Below are positions 39,313 to 50,363 of a DNA stretch of 64,000 nucleotides, one piece after another. Numbering within the stretch: the stretch's first letter is position 1; every line of letters begins with the position of its first letter. Under the pieces are notes generated by a model, which ran no database searches, was not told the DNA's origin, and saw nothing but the letters and a program-made list of their open reading frames with translations. A program made the translations under genes and the position numbers. The stretch comes from an uncultured Actinomycetes bacterium (GTDB taxonomy: Bacteria; Actinomycetota; Thermoleophilia; Gaiellales; Gaiellaceae), in NCBI GenBank assembly GCA_963765785.1, contig CAVXXW010000010.1, positions 6,024-70,023 of the forward strand. The letters are read 5' to 3'.

Positions 39313-39430
39313 GGGCGCTGCAACGCGACCCGACCCGAGCTCACGCTACGCCCCGCTCGCGCCGACTCCTAGTGGCCCTCTCGGGCATGCGCCGTAGCGT
39401 CTGCACCGCCTCCTGGTAGCCGGCGCACTC

Positions 39431-39646
39431 CTACGCGGCGGGCTCGTACAGAAGCCGCAGCGTGAGGTCGACCGAGAACCCGAACTCAAGAAAGCGGACG
39501 GCCTCCTCCTCGGGGACCTCCACCTGGGCCGCCAAGACGAGAGCCGCGCAGGGCGTCGCGCCCGCGTTCACAAAGAGGTTCAAGCGCCGGCGAAGTAGGC
39601 ACTCGACCTCAGCCGCAGTCAACCGCTCAAATTCTGCCGCAGTCAC
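39431..39646 (-). CDS. hypothetical small protein (71 aa)
   Basis: GTG-start ORF; no family recognised. Confidence 0.35.
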   Translation of the reverse strand: MTAAEFERLTAAEVECLLRRRLNLFVNAGATPCAALVLAAQVEVPEEEAVRFLEFGFSVDLTLRLLYEPAA

Positions 39647-39744
39647 ACCGGACTCCTTCCTTGCCGCATGAGCCGGTGAGACTCGTATCGGTTCGAAAGC
39701 GGGGCGGTTCTCTCCCCCTTTGAGCGGAGTTGGCAGGGACCAGA

Positions 39745-39900
39745 CGCAACGGCTTTAGAACGACCCGACAAGCGACCGCAGCACGGGCACAGCCTCGGCC
39801 CGATGCTCGCCGAGCACGGCGGAGACCGAGCGTGTCTGCCAGGGCACGCCTTCGGGGCGGGGATCCCCGACGAGGAAGGAGTCGCGCTTTTTCCGAGGGG
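39745..39900 (-). pseudogene. diverged or truncated paralog of the 79-aa protein at 34259
   Basis: ...SVSAVLGEHRAEAVPVLRSLVGSF* versus ...LPHEPRREAVRVLRALVGSF*; the last ~45 nt are nearly identical at DNA level. Confidence 0.3.
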
Positions 39901-40046
39901 GGCATCGCCCAGGGAAAGGGCTTCGCGCAGCCCGCTCCTGCCCGGCCGGCTTCGTTACGCCGCAGCAAAGATGCCGGGCCTGAGGCCATAACGACTCGCG
40001 GGCGACGTACTGCCCCTAATCTCTTCGACACGATGAGAACAGCCGC

Positions 40047-41743
40047 GTGAGCGTCCACGATCCGGCAACCGCCGAACGAAGCGATTTCATCCGTGAAGTC
40101 GTCGCCGCCGACATGCGCGAGGGCAGGGTGTCGGAGGTCGTGACCCGCTTCCCGCCCGAGCCGAACGGCTACCTCCACATCGGCCACCCGAAGGCGATCG
40201 CGCTCAACTTCGGGATCGCCGAGGAGTTCGGCGGCCACTGCCACCTGCGCTTCGACGACACCAACCCGATCAAGGAAGAGCAGGAGTACATCGACTCGAT
40301 CCAGGAGGACATCCGCTGGCTCGGCTTCGACTGGGGCGAGCATCTCTACTTCGCCTCCGACTACTTCCACCAGCTCTACGACTGGGCCGTCTACCTGATC
40401 GAGGCCGGCAAGGCGTACGTCGACGACCTCTCGGCCGACGAGATCCGGGAGCACCGCGGCACGCTGACCGAGCCGGGCAAGGACAGCCCCTGGCGCGACC
40501 GTTCGATCGAGGAGAACCTCGATCTGTTCGAGCGCATGCGCGCGGGCGAGTTCCCGGACGGCGCGAGAGTGCTCAGGGCGAAGATCGACATGGCCTCGCC
40601 GAACATCAACCTGCGCGACCCGGTGCTCTACCGGGTCCTGCACGCGACCCACCCGCGGACCGGCGACGAGTGGTGCATCTATCCGCTGTACGACTTCGCC
40701 CACGGCCAGTCGGACGCGATCGAGGGCATCACCCACTCGCTCTGCACGCTCGAGTTCGAGGATCACCGGCCGCTCTACGACTGGCTGATCGAGAACCTGC
40801 CGGTGCCTTCGCGCCCGCGCCAGTACGAGTTCTCCCGCCTCAATCTCACGTACACCGTGCTCTCGAAGCGCTTCTTGGGCCGGCTCGTGAGCGAGGGCTC
40901 CGTGCGCGGCTGGGACGATCCGCGCATGCCCACGGTCGTCGGCCCTGCGGCGGCGCGGCTTCCCGCCCGAGGGCCTGCGCAACTTCCTGGACGTGGTCGG
41001 GGTCGGCGGCAAGGGCCACAGCGCCGTCGAGATCGAGATGCTCGAGCACGAGGTCAGGGACGTGCTGAACCGGACCGCGCTGCGGCGCTTCGCGGTCCTG
41101 CGCCCGCTCAAGCTCGTGATCGAGAACTACCCCGAGGGGCAGGTCGAGGAGCTGGAGGCCGTCAATAACCCGGAGGATCCCTCGGCCGGGACTCGCGCGG
41201 TGGCCTTCACGCGCGAGCTCTGGATCGAGCGCGACGACTTCATGGAGGACCCGCCGAGCAAGTTCTTCCGCCTCGCCCCGGGCCGCGAGGTGCGCCTCCG
41301 CTACGCGTACTTCGTGACCTGCACCGACGTCGTCAAGGACGCAAGCGGCGAGATCGTCGAGCTCCGCTGCACCTACGATCCGCTCGACGCGCGGCGGCGA
41401 TGCCCCGGACGGGCGCCGGCCCAAGGGGACGCTGCACTGGCTCTCGTCCGAGCACGCGGTGCCCGCCGAGGTTCGTCTTTACGACCGCCTCTTCACCCGC
41501 CCCGATCCCGGCGCCGACGGCGACCCCTTCGCCGACCTCAACCCGAACTCAGAGACCGTGCTCGAGGAGTGCGTCGTCGAGCCGGCACTCGCCGAGCTGC
41601 CGGTCGGTGAGACTGTCCAGTTCGAACGCCTCGGCTACTTCTGCCCGGATCCCGACTCGACGCCCCAGCAGCTCGTCTTCAACCGCACGCTCGGACTCAG
41701 GGACAGCTGGGCCAAGCTGCAAGCGCAGGGCAACCGCCCGTAG
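40047..41743 (+). pseudogene. glnS: glutamine--tRNA ligase, split into three frames by two single-nucleotide insertions
   Basis: Piece A is [13 protein letters not shown] ... [11 protein letters not shown]. After an extra C (about 40944), piece B is [14 protein letters not shown] ... CTYDP. After an extra nucleotide (about 41383-41389), piece C is TRGGDAPDGRRPKGTLHW ... FERLGYFCPD ... *. Confidence 0.85.
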
Positions 41744-41940
41744 CGCCCACGGGCTCGAGCGCGAGGCCGAGTTCGCCCGTGCGGGCCGTCGTTAGGCACC
41801 GCGCCCAGTGGACTCGGCCCGCGCGTCGAGCCTAGTCGCGAGGACCGTCGGCTTCCACTCACTGGTCTGCTGCGTGGACGTCCCTAGGGCGCTGGCAACG
41901 TGAGTCGGAGCCCGTCGGCTTCGGCCGGTGCCTCGAGCAC

Positions 41941-42642
41941 GTGGCTGGACTTGCCGATAAGTCCAAGGTGGCCCGCCGAGGGATCATCGTTCTCACCGCG
42001 CTCGCAGGCATGGCGATCTCTGGCACTGCGGCTCTTGCCGCGGCGACGCCAGTGACGCCGGCACCCGGGGCGACCGTCACGAGCGCACACCCTCACTTCA
42101 CGTGGACGCTTCCGGCTGGTGAATGGTCGCAGGGGCTCTACATCGCGAGGAAGCCCGACGTCACACCGGAGGGACGGTTCTATGACCAGGCCATCGTCCA
42201 AGTTGGCGTCGTCGTTGCCGGCGATCGCGAGTGGACGCCCTCGGTTCCTCTCTACGCCGGGAGCTACTGGTGGAACGTGTGGTCGAGCGATCCGGTCTCC
42301 CAGGCAATTTTCAGCACCCCCGCCGCGTTCGCCATTCCTGTCTCGCTCACGCTCGTCGGCGTCACGTCGAAGCGGTACCTCGCCGTGCACGCGCTGGACT
42401 TCGAAGTTCACTGGACGGCGAACGTGACGCGGCCCCTCGTTCGCCTGCGGTTGCTGCGCGGGCGGAAGATCCTCTGGAAGGCGAGCAAGACGGCCTACAA
42501 CACGATCGGCGTCCCCGGCTCGACACGCTTCAGCTGGAAACGGCCGACAGGGCTGAAGCGCGGGACTCGGCTTCAGCTGTTCGCCTCGATCTCCTCAAGT
42601 CGCGTTAGGAGGTCCCGCGCGTTCGTCGTTCGCGCGCCGTAG
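41941..42642 (+). CDS. secreted hypothetical protein
   Basis: Signal-like GIIVLTALAGMAISGTAALAAA; no family recognised. Confidence 0.55.
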   Translation: MAGLADKSKVARRGIIVLTALAGMAISGTAALAAATPVTPAPGATVTSAHPHFTWTLPAGEWSQGLYIARKPDVTPEGRFYDQAIVQVGVVVAGDREWTPSVPLYAGSYWWNVWSSDPVSQAIFSTPAAFAIPVSLTLVGVTSKRYLAVHALDFEVHWTANVTRPLVRLRLLRGRKILWKASKTAYNTIGVPGSTRFSWKRPTGLKRGTRLQLFASISSSRVRRSRAFVVRAP

Positions 42643-43108
42643 GACCGCTACGCCCGCGAGGCCGCCGGGCGTGTGCTCTGAATGCCTGTGGGTGAACCCT
42701 GACCATGCATCGAGCAGGCAGGCGCAGGAGTACGCTCGCGCCTGCCGTCTGGAGTTCTCCCTCCCCAGACGTTGCGCGGGAAGGGCCGACAGGACCGCAG
42801 ACCTGAACCTCGCATCGACCCAGCGTAGGGCGGCCCTTCCTCGCACACTTAGGAAGCGGCACGCGCGCCAGCGAGACCCTTCCTAGTCCAGCGTCCTCGC
42901 CGCGTTCAGAGCTACTCCGGAGCTCTAAGGCAAACGGGACTCCTAGGAACCTCTGCGGGGTGGGCCGCGTGAGCCTGCTTGGCCGCCGGCGAGGCGGTGG
43001 AGCGCGTTCATCGATCCGGAGTCTGCGCGATCGAGCGAACCCCGATGCCGTGCCCACTACGCTTCGGCCCTTCAGGTTGGTTGGACCGAAGGAGAGGATC
43101 AGTCTTAG

Positions 43109-43537
43109 GTGGAGGACAATCGCCGCCGCTCGTTCGTCGGGAACGTCCGGTCTAGCGCGAAGGACCGGGGCTGGTTCTTCGGGCACTTCATGGACGAGCC
43201 GCTGCTCCGATCCGACCTGGTCGAGGTCACGTGGCAGAGCGTTCCGAACCAGACGCCGACGCCCACGCAGCGACACCTTCACCGGCAAAGCGTCGAGATC
43301 ACCATCGTCCTGAACGGCAGCGTGCGGCTCAGGATCAACGACGTGGAGCACGATCTCGGCCAGGGTGACTTCTTCGTCGTCTGGCCTGAGTCAGTCGTCA
43401 GCGATATGGCGACCGACGCCGACGCGGAGGTCCTCGTCGTTCGGCACCGAGCGTCGCGAACGACAAGTTTGCGCTCTAGGGGTCGGCTGGGTGGTCACGT
43501 CGCCCGTCGTGACGGTCGGGATCAGTGGAAACACTGA
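43109..43537 (+). CDS. cupin-like protein
   Basis: GWFFGHF ... VEVTW ... [17 protein letters not shown] ... GDFFVV pattern; C-terminus atypical. Confidence 0.5.
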   Translation: MEDNRRRSFVGNVRSSAKDRGWFFGHFMDEPLLRSDLVEVTWQSVPNQTPTPTQRHLHRQSVEITIVLNGSVRLRINDVEHDLGQGDFFVVWPESVVSDMATDADAEVLVVRHRASRTTSLRSRGRLGGHVARRDGRDQWKH

Positions 43538-43905
43538 CCGGGGACAGTTCTTCCACCGATGACGCGCGCGTCGCGAGCGTGCAGTTATGTACACAAGCCG
43601 TCGCGGGCGTCGCTCGAAGTGGTAGCCGTGGCGATTGCAAAGCATGCGCGTGATCGACCGCTCCGGCTAACCGGCTGACATCAAGACGCTGCTCGGGAAG
43701 CACCAGCGTCACCCCGGTGCCGGTGCGGCCGGCGCGGCCGGTTCTGCCGACGCGATGGACATAGTCGTCGGGCGTGCGGGGCGGATCGAAGTTGATCGCG
43801 TGCCGTGATGTCGTCGACGTCGAGGCCGCGCGCTGGGAGGTCGGTTGCGATCAGCGTGGACGAGTCCCGTCGCTCGCGTCTACTGAAATCCGTGAATTCG
43901 GAGAC
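43476..43905 (-). pseudogene. DEAD-box helicase remnant (C-terminal RecA domain only), frameshifted
   Basis: [17 protein letters not shown], then an extra nucleotide (about 43803), then [28 protein letters not shown] (motifs V and VI). Motifs I-III are absent. Confidence 0.6.
43554..43589. repeat. 36-bp direct repeat, copy 1 (33/36 identical to 44049..44084)
   Basis: CACCGATGACGCGCGCGTCGCGAGCGTGCAGTTATG. Confidence 0.8.
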
Positions 43906-44048
43906 TTCCTCGTCGGCTGTGGTCTTCGCTGGGCACCAAAGACGGCGTGAGGGAACGTCTTTGGAAAACGTTGGCTTCCGGAGGGTCGTCAGGCCTTGCC
44001 GCAGGCCCTCGTCCGACGTGCGTTGACGAAGGCCCAGATCCGTGAAAA

Positions 44049-44084
44049 CACCGATGACGCGCGCGTCGCGATCGTGCGGTCATG
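44049..44084. repeat. 36-bp direct repeat, copy 2
   Basis: CACCGATGACGCGCGCGTCGCGATCGTGCGGTCATG. Confidence 0.8.
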
Positions 44085-44139
44085 CCTCACCGGCCAAGGG
44101 AGGCTTGGTGACGCTCGGCGTGGCCGCAAAGGAGGAACC

Positions 44140-45216
44140 ATGAGTTCTGCAACGCAGGAACGAATGAAGCGTGTCGTCGTCGATCACTTCGGCGGGCCCG
44201 AGGTCCTGAGCGTGGTGGAGGCCGACGTCCCCCAGCCGGGGCCGGGAGAGGTTCGCGTCAGGGTTCTGGCCGCGGGCGTGTCCTTCACCGATGCCCAGAT
44301 GCGCGCCGGCACGTACATCGCTGGCGCCCCGAAGCCACCGTTCACGCCCGGCTACGAGCTCGTCGGCGTCGTCGAAGAACTCGGACCGGACTGCACGAGG
44401 CTGCGGGTGGCCGACCGCATTGGGGCGCTGACGGTGTGGGGGGCCGACGCGGAACGCGTCTGCGTGCCGGAGGCGGGCGCGGTCGAGGTCCCCGACGACC
44501 TCGATCCGGGGGAGGTCCTGAGCCTCCTGTTCCCGTACATGACGTCCTACCAGGTGCTCCACCGGACGGCGGAGGTCAAGCGCGGGGAGACGGTGCTCGT
44601 GCACGGCGCGGCCGGCAGGGTCGGCGTCGCGGCGCTCGAGCTCGCGGCGGTGGCCGGACTTCGCGTCTTCGGGACCGCCTCGGCTCGCGATCGCGGAAAG
44701 GTCGAGGCCCTTGGCGCGGTAGCGATCGACTACCGCAACGAGGACTTCCTGGCGCGGGTGCGCGAGGAAGCCGGCGGTGTGGACGTCGTGGTCGACAGCC
44801 TCGGTGGCCCGATCTCGCTGCGCTCGTTCCGCGCGCTACGGGCCGGCGGAAGGCTCGTCGTGTTCGGCCGCTACGACACCCTCAAGAATGGGCACAAGGA
44901 CTGGCCGGCGGTGATCAAGTGGTGGGCAGCGATCGTGGCCGTCTGGACCTGGGACAAGCTGTCTCCCCACCGGAGGGTGTTCGCCTACCACGTCCAGAAA
45001 TACCGCGACAAGGCTACGAGGCGAGCCGGAGCAGTGGGCGGAGAGCCCATGGACCCGGACTGGTTCCGCGAGGACTTCGGCGTGCTGATCGAGCTGCTCC
45101 GTGAGGGCAAGATCCATCCCACCGTCGCCGAGCGCCTGCCGCTCTCCGAGGCGCGCCACGCCCATGAGCTGCTGGAGAGCTCGGCGTCGAAGGGCAAGCT
45201 CGTGCTTGTGCCATAG
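44140..45216 (+). CDS. medium-chain dehydrogenase/reductase (quinone oxidoreductase-like)
   Basis: AAAGGAGG-N5-ATG at 44140; GYELVG ... [14 protein letters not shown] Rossmann motif. Confidence 0.85.
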   Translation: MSSATQERMKRVVVDHFGGPEVLSVVEADVPQPGPGEVRVRVLAAGVSFTDAQMRAGTYIAGAPKPPFTPGYELVGVVEELGPDCTRLRVADRIGALTVWGADAERVCVPEAGAVEVPDDLDPGEVLSLLFPYMTSYQVLHRTAEVKRGETVLVHGAAGRVGVAALELAAVAGLRVFGTASARDRGKVEALGAVAIDYRNEDFLARVREEAGGVDVVVDSLGGPISLRSFRALRAGGRLVVFGRYDTLKNGHKDWPAVIKWWAAIVAVWTWDKLSPHRRVFAYHVQKYRDKATRRAGAVGGEPMDPDWFREDFGVLIELLREGKIHPTVAERLPLSEARHAHELLESSASKGKLVLVP

Positions 45217-45236
45217 GCCAATTAGGAGGCTCGCCG

Positions 45237-47102
45237 ATGGCGCTCGCCGTTCGTGCTGATCGAGGAGGGCAAGTCGTGTCCGCAACAGCTGCACCGCGGG
45301 CGCGCTACCTGCCGATCGCCGAGCACGGCCTGATCGGCGACCTGCACACGGTCGCGCTCGTCGGTACCGACGGGACGATCGACTGGTACTGCTGCCCGCG
45401 CTTCGACTCGCCGAGCGTCTTCGCAGCGATCCTCGACGCCGATCGTGGCGGGCTGTTCCGCATCTCGCCCGACTGTGACGGCTGGAGTTCCAAACAGCTC
45501 TACCTCCCCGACACCAACGTCCTGATCACGCGCTTCCTGATGCCCGACGGAGTCGGAGAGGTACAGGACTTCATGCCGCCGCCGCGCAGCGGCGAGGCAG
45601 CCCATCGCCACCGCATGATCCGGCGGGTCCTCGCCGTGCGCGGGCAGATGCGCTTCGTCGTCGAGGTCGCCCCGCGCTTCGACTACGCGCGCGCCCGCCA
45701 CGAGGTCGCCCTCACCCCGCACGGTGCGCTCTTCCACTCTTCCGAACTGACACTCGGCCTCTCGACGCGTTGCCCACTCGAGATCGCCGACGACCGCGAC
45801 GTCCGCGCACGCATCGAGCTCCGGGCCGGGGAGACGGCCACCTTCGTGCTCGAGCGCGTCGAGCCGGAGGGAACGCCGGTGCCCTACTCCGATGCCGAGA
45901 TCGCCGCCGAGTTCGACGCCACCGTCGAGTTCTGGCGGCGTTGGCTCAGCCGCTCGCACTACGGCGGACGGTGGCGCGAGACAGTGCATCGCTCGGCGCT
46001 CACACTCAAGCTGCTCACCTACGCGCCCACCGGCGCGATCGTGGCCGCCCCCACCACCAGCCTGCCGGAGCAGCTCGGCGGCGCACGCAACTGGGACTAC
46101 CGCTACACGTGGATGCGCGACTCCGCCTTCACGGTCTACGGACTGCTGAGGCTCGGGTTCACGGAAGAGGCGGGCGCGTTCATGGGCTGGCTGGAGGGGC
46201 GCGTCAGCCACGCGGGCAAGAGCGAGTCGGGCCCGCTGCAGGTCATGTACGGCATCGACGGACGGGATGACCTGCCCGAGGAGGAGCTCTCGCACCTGGA
46301 GGGGTACATGGGCTCGGCGCCGGTGCGGATCGGCAACCGGGCAGCGACCCAGCTGCAGCTCGACATCTACGGCGAGCTGATGGATTCCGTCTACCTCTGC
46401 AACAAGTACGGGCTGCCGATCTACCACGACGGCTGGATCGAGCTCACACGCAACCTCGAATGGCTGATCGACCACTGGGACCAGCCCGACGAGGGGATCT
46501 GGGAGACGCGCGGCGGCCGCCGCGACTACACCCACTCGCGGCTCATGAGCTGGGTCGCCGTAGAGCGCGCGATCCGCGTCGCCCACCAGCGCGGCCTACC
46601 CGCCGACATTCCCCGCTGGAGCGCGGTCCGCGACCGCATCTACAACCAGATCATGGAACGCGGCTGGCATCCCGCCCGCCAAGCGTTCGTGCAGCACTAC
46701 GACAGCGACGTACTCGACGCCTCCCTGCTGCTCATGCCCCTCTGCAAGTTCATCGCGCCCACCGACCCACGCTGGACCTCCACGCTCGACGCCATCAGCG
46801 CGGAACTGGTCTCCGACAGCCTCGTCTACCGCTACCACGTCGACGCGGCGCCGGACGGGCTCGCCGGCGAGGAAGCGACCTTCTCGCTCTGCTCCTTCTG
46901 GTGGGTCGAGGCGCTGACCCGGTCCGGGCGACTCGACGAGGCACGACTGGCCTTCGAAAAGATGCTCACCTACGCCAACCACCTCGGGCTCTATGCAGAG
47001 GAGATCGGGCCAACCGGCGAGCAGCTCGGCAACTTCCCCCAGGCCTTCACGCACCTGGCACTGATCAGCGCCGCCTTCAACCTGGACCGCCAGCTCGGAT
47101 GA
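45237..47102 (+). CDS. glycoside hydrolase family 15 (glucoamylase/trehalase-like)
   Basis: [54 protein letters not shown] and LGLYAEE motifs. Confidence 0.9.
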   Translation: MALAVRADRGGQVVSATAAPRARYLPIAEHGLIGDLHTVALVGTDGTIDWYCCPRFDSPSVFAAILDADRGGLFRISPDCDGWSSKQLYLPDTNVLITRFLMPDGVGEVQDFMPPPRSGEAAHRHRMIRRVLAVRGQMRFVVEVAPRFDYARARHEVALTPHGALFHSSELTLGLSTRCPLEIADDRDVRARIELRAGETATFVLERVEPEGTPVPYSDAEIAAEFDATVEFWRRWLSRSHYGGRWRETVHRSALTLKLLTYAPTGAIVAAPTTSLPEQLGGARNWDYRYTWMRDSAFTVYGLLRLGFTEEAGAFMGWLEGRVSHAGKSESGPLQVMYGIDGRDDLPEEELSHLEGYMGSAPVRIGNRAATQLQLDIYGELMDSVYLCNKYGLPIYHDGWIELTRNLEWLIDHWDQPDEGIWETRGGRRDYTHSRLMSWVAVERAIRVAHQRGLPADIPRWSAVRDRIYNQIMERGWHPARQAFVQHYDSDVLDASLLLMPLCKFIAPTDPRWTSTLDAISAELVSDSLVYRYHVDAAPDGLAGEEATFSLCSFWWVEALTRSGRLDEARLAFEKMLTYANHLGLYAEEIGPTGEQLGNFPQAFTHLALISAAFNLDRQLG

Positions 47103-47229
47103 TCATCGGGGAGCTCGTGCTCCTGCGGCGCGGCCTTGGAAGTGATCGAAACGACCGGGGACGCATATCGGTCCTCGATGACCGCCAGCTACGACCCCGG
47201 GCGGTTGGGCGCGTATCGGCTGCGGCCCC

Positions 47230-47691
47230 TTAGCTCGACGATGCTTTGCTCCCCCAGTAGCGGTTGAGAGCACCCTGGGTCTTGATCGTCCAGACGAACC
47301 AGCCCACGAGCGGCAAGAGGATCCACAGCCCTGTCCAGCCGGTCATGGGCGCCTCTCGCCCGTCGTCGCGATACATGTTCCCGATCTCCGACGGCATGAC
47401 GAACCAGTTGATCGGGTTGAAGATGATCGCGATGAGAAGGCCGAGGATGCCGCCGATGCCGTTGCCGGTGTGGCCCTTCATCTCCTCGAAGTTCTTGTAA
47501 TACCAGTACAGGTGGTAGATGCCGAACGTCACGATCGAGAGAACGATCACGAAGAGAATGCCGCGCGGCCTCCCGATGGGGCCCTGCGCACGCATCGGGG
47601 GGACCGGCAGAGGCGGTTGGACGACCGCGTCCGACGGCGGAGTGGGCTCTGCCAAACCTGAGGTGGTGGGCTCTTCGGGGGTCTCGCTCAC
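47230..47691 (-). CDS. DUF4234-like membrane protein with Pro-rich N-terminus
   Basis: FGIYHLYWYYKNFEEM hallmark and TM segments. Confidence 0.75.
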   Translation of the reverse strand: MSETPEEPTTSGLAEPTPPSDAVVQPPLPVPPMRAQGPIGRPRGILFVIVLSIVTFGIYHLYWYYKNFEEMKGHTGNGIGGILGLLIAIIFNPINWFVMPSEIGNMYRDDGREAPMTGWTGLWILLPLVGWFVWTIKTQGALNRYWGSKASSS

Positions 47692-48010
47692 AACAGACCA
47701 CCTCCGCCGTAGGCACGACGCGGGTCAGGAAGTCCCTCTCTCCCGGGCCGCGATGGACTAGACCTCAGATCCTAACGGGCGGACGCCGTGGCGGCTGACC
47801 TGACCCCAGCTACGACGGTTGGTGACAGCTCCTAGCAAGCGGGTGCGCCCTTCGAACACGGACGTTGTGATCCCGAGGATGGAGTTCTCATCGTTCGGAT
47901 CGCGCGGGTTCAGCGGGTGGTTCGCGACCGGGTCGGTCCGAGCATCCCCGGGTACATGACGACGGCGTCCGCGCCGACCGCCGTCGAACATGGCGACCAA
48001 GGACAAGGGG

Positions 48011-48547
48011 TCAGCCCAGTTGCTTGCAGGCCCTCTCGCTCTTGAATGCAGACGCGAGGGAGCCGCCGGCGCTCTGAATCGCTTTGACCGTCGACTGCGC
48101 GGTGCTCTGGAGCGTCTGGAACTGCGGCACTACGGTCGACAGCGCCGACACCATCTGCGCAACAGTCGCGTTTGCGGGAAGCTTCGAAGTAGCCGATTTC
48201 ACGGCCGCACTCGTTGTCTGGACCTGCGAGGCCAGCTGGTCAATCTGCTTCTTCGCCGTCTGGCCCTCGGAGGTGTCCGGTGGCGGCACCGCCTTGATCT
48301 GCAAGGTCAGCTTCTTGGTAGCGCTCGCGAATTGGCTCAGCTTTGCGTCGAGCGACGCCTTCGTGATCCCCCCGGTGGGTACGGTCGCGAGGCTCTTGAC
48401 CTCCGTTGCCCAGGTGCCAATCGCCGTGCAGACACCGTTCGCGTATGCCTCGTTCGCCTTCTTGTCGGAGTTGCCGCCGCCGCCGCAACCCGCAGCGGCG
48501 AGGGCCAGAACCGACAGAAGCACCGCGACCGTAACCGCGCGTCTCAC
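48011..48547 (-). CDS. lipoprotein, function unknown
   Basis: MRRAVTVAVLLSVLALAAAGCGGGG lipobox; Ala/Thr/Gln-rich helical body. Confidence 0.75.
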   Translation of the reverse strand: MRRAVTVAVLLSVLALAAAGCGGGGNSDKKANEAYANGVCTAIGTWATEVKSLATVPTGGITKASLDAKLSQFASATKKLTLQIKAVPPPDTSEGQTAKKQIDQLASQVQTTSAAVKSATSKLPANATVAQMVSALSTVVPQFQTLQSTAQSTVKAIQSAGGSLASAFKSERACKQLG

Positions 48548-48888
48548 GGCCAGAGTCTAGCTCGGGGCGCAACCAGATCCAGATGACCTGTGAAGCCGCC
48601 CGGCACGACCGGCGGCGACTTCCCCTACGGGCTGTACGCCTGGACGGAGGATGGCGACCGGGTCTACGGGATCATGCACGGCGATGACTGCTTCGCCGTC
48701 CCACACGACGATGCGCCGCGGAGTTCCAGAGTGAGCCGTTTCCGGTGCCGGACGGCGCGCCGAGCCTACTAGGGCCAGCGCGACCAGTCCTTGACCTTGT
48801 CGGTGTGAGGTGGGACGCTGCTTCGCGGACGCGGGTGGCGGAGGCTGCAGGAAACGGCAGGAGACGGCACGCTTCCGATTGAGCGACG

Positions 48889-49185
48889 ATGGAAGCCCAC
48901 TACACCCACACCACCTGGCACGTGAGAGAGGGGAACGAGGAGGAGTTCGTTCGCCGCTGGGGAGAATGGGCCGAGTGGAGCCGCCGCCAGGGACTCGTCG
49001 AGGACGCGCTCCTGCTGCGCGACGCCGAGGATCCGCAGAGGTTCGTCAGCTTCGGGCCGTGGGAAAGCGTGGGCGCGATCGCCGGTTGGCGCGCGCTCCC
49101 GGGCTACCAGGAGCGGGTCGACCGCCTGCGCCGCGTCGTCGACGGCTTCGAGCCGCGCACACTCGAAGTTGTGGCGCGACGCTGA
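48889..49185 (+). CDS. ABM-like (dimeric alpha/beta barrel) protein
   Basis: 98 aa; ...FVSFGPWES... pattern. Confidence 0.6.
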   Translation: MEAHYTHTTWHVREGNEEEFVRRWGEWAEWSRRQGLVEDALLLRDAEDPQRFVSFGPWESVGAIAGWRALPGYQERVDRLRRVVDGFEPRTLEVVARR

Positions 49186-49420
49186 GACGATAGGCGCCCG
49201 AGCGAACCGCCCAAGTGACGGAGTGACGCAGAGTGAACGTCACCCCAAACTGCCGTACAGGGCAGGGCCGGAGCGGTGAGCCACCGGACCGGATCGTCGA
49301 GCTCTAACTGATAGCCGCCCCCGACAAGGTCAGCGCGCTGACGAACCCGTAAACGTCCTTCGTGAGTCGAACACGCTTACGACGCGGGGGTCAGCGAGCT
49401 TAGGGCGAAGGACGCTCGCG

Positions 49421-49450
49421 TGGGCCAGTGTTCGGGAATGCCCTCTGAGG
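49421..49450 (+). repeat. intergenic motif TGGGCCAGTGTTCSGGAATGMCCYCTGAG, copy 1
   Basis: Three same-orientation copies at 49421, 50280 and 51083. Confidence 0.75.
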
Positions 49451-49568
49451 ACGTGAGGCTCGTTGTCGCCGGAGCAGATGAGTCTTCGGTGGCCTGTCAG
49501 TCTCTATCTCGTCCGGATCCGTAAGCGGCTAGAAGGTCCACGTCCGCAGTAACGACCCCAGGAGGCAC

Positions 49569-50252
49569 ATGAAGCTTCTTCTCACTTCCGCTGGCATAAA
49601 GAACGCGAGCATCCAGGACGCGCTGGTCGAGCTGCTGAACAAGCCGATCGCCGAATCCGATGCCCTCTGCATTCCGACGGCGTTGTACGGGCATCCCATG
49701 GCCGGTCCTCGCCAGGCGTGGCGGTGCATCAGCGGGCAGGAGCCTGGCACTCCCACGGTTGGGCTGGGCTGGAAGTCCGTGGGCGTGCTGGAGCTCACCG
49801 CACTGCCGAGCCTCGACGCGGAGCGCTGGGTCCCGCTCGTTCGAGAGACGGACGTCCTGCTCGTCGAGGGGGGCGACGCCGCGTACCTGTGCCACTGGCT
49901 GCGGGCGTCCGGCCTGGCAGACCTCCTGCCGTCGCTGGACGAGACGGTCTGGGTCGGCGTGAGCGCCGGGAGCATGGTGATGACCCCTCGAGTCGGAGAG
50001 GACTTCGTCACATGGCATTCACCGGGCGGCGACAGAACGCTGGGCATGGTCGATTTCTCGATCTTCCCCCACCTCGAAAATCCGGACCTGCCGACAAACA
50101 CCATGGCCGCTGCCGAACGGTGGGCCGCCGGAATGTCGGGGCCTGCGTATGCGATCGACGATGAGACCGCCATCAAAGTCGTCGACGGCACGGTCGAGGT
50201 CATCTCCGAGGGGAACTGGCAGCTATTCACCCCCAGCCTGGTAGCAAGCTAA
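49569..50252 (+). CDS. peptidase S51 / type 1 glutamine amidotransferase-like protein
   Basis: MKLLLTSAG ... LLVEGGDAAYL ... GVSAGSMV motifs. Confidence 0.8.
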   Translation: MKLLLTSAGIKNASIQDALVELLNKPIAESDALCIPTALYGHPMAGPRQAWRCISGQEPGTPTVGLGWKSVGVLELTALPSLDAERWVPLVRETDVLLVEGGDAAYLCHWLRASGLADLLPSLDETVWVGVSAGSMVMTPRVGEDFVTWHSPGGDRTLGMVDFSIFPHLENPDLPTNTMAAAERWAAGMSGPAYAIDDETAIKVVDGTVEVISEGNWQLFTPSLVAS

Positions 50253-50279
50253 TCGGGTCAAGGAGACATGCTCGCTCGC

Positions 50280-50308
50280 CTGGGCCAGTGTTCCGGAATG
50301 ACCCCTGA
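50280..50308 (+). repeat. intergenic motif, copy 2
   Basis: TGGGCCAGTGTTCCGGAATGACCCCTGAG; contains the 8-bp palindrome TTCCGGAA. Confidence 0.75.
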
Positions 50309-50363
50309 GCTTTGGCTGGGGCGGATGGTGCCGCACGCCCGTGTTGGCCGCGCTTCCGGATCT

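Noticed and set aside
39627-41111. 494-aa minus-strand ORF opposite glnS
   Set aside because: It is antisense to unmistakable GlnRS motifs and has no motifs of its own, so it is a GC artefact.
47758-48006. 82-aa minus-strand ORF and the 60-aa plus-strand ORF at 48590..48772
   Set aside because: Neither has an RBS, family motifs or convincing composition, so I left both unannotated.
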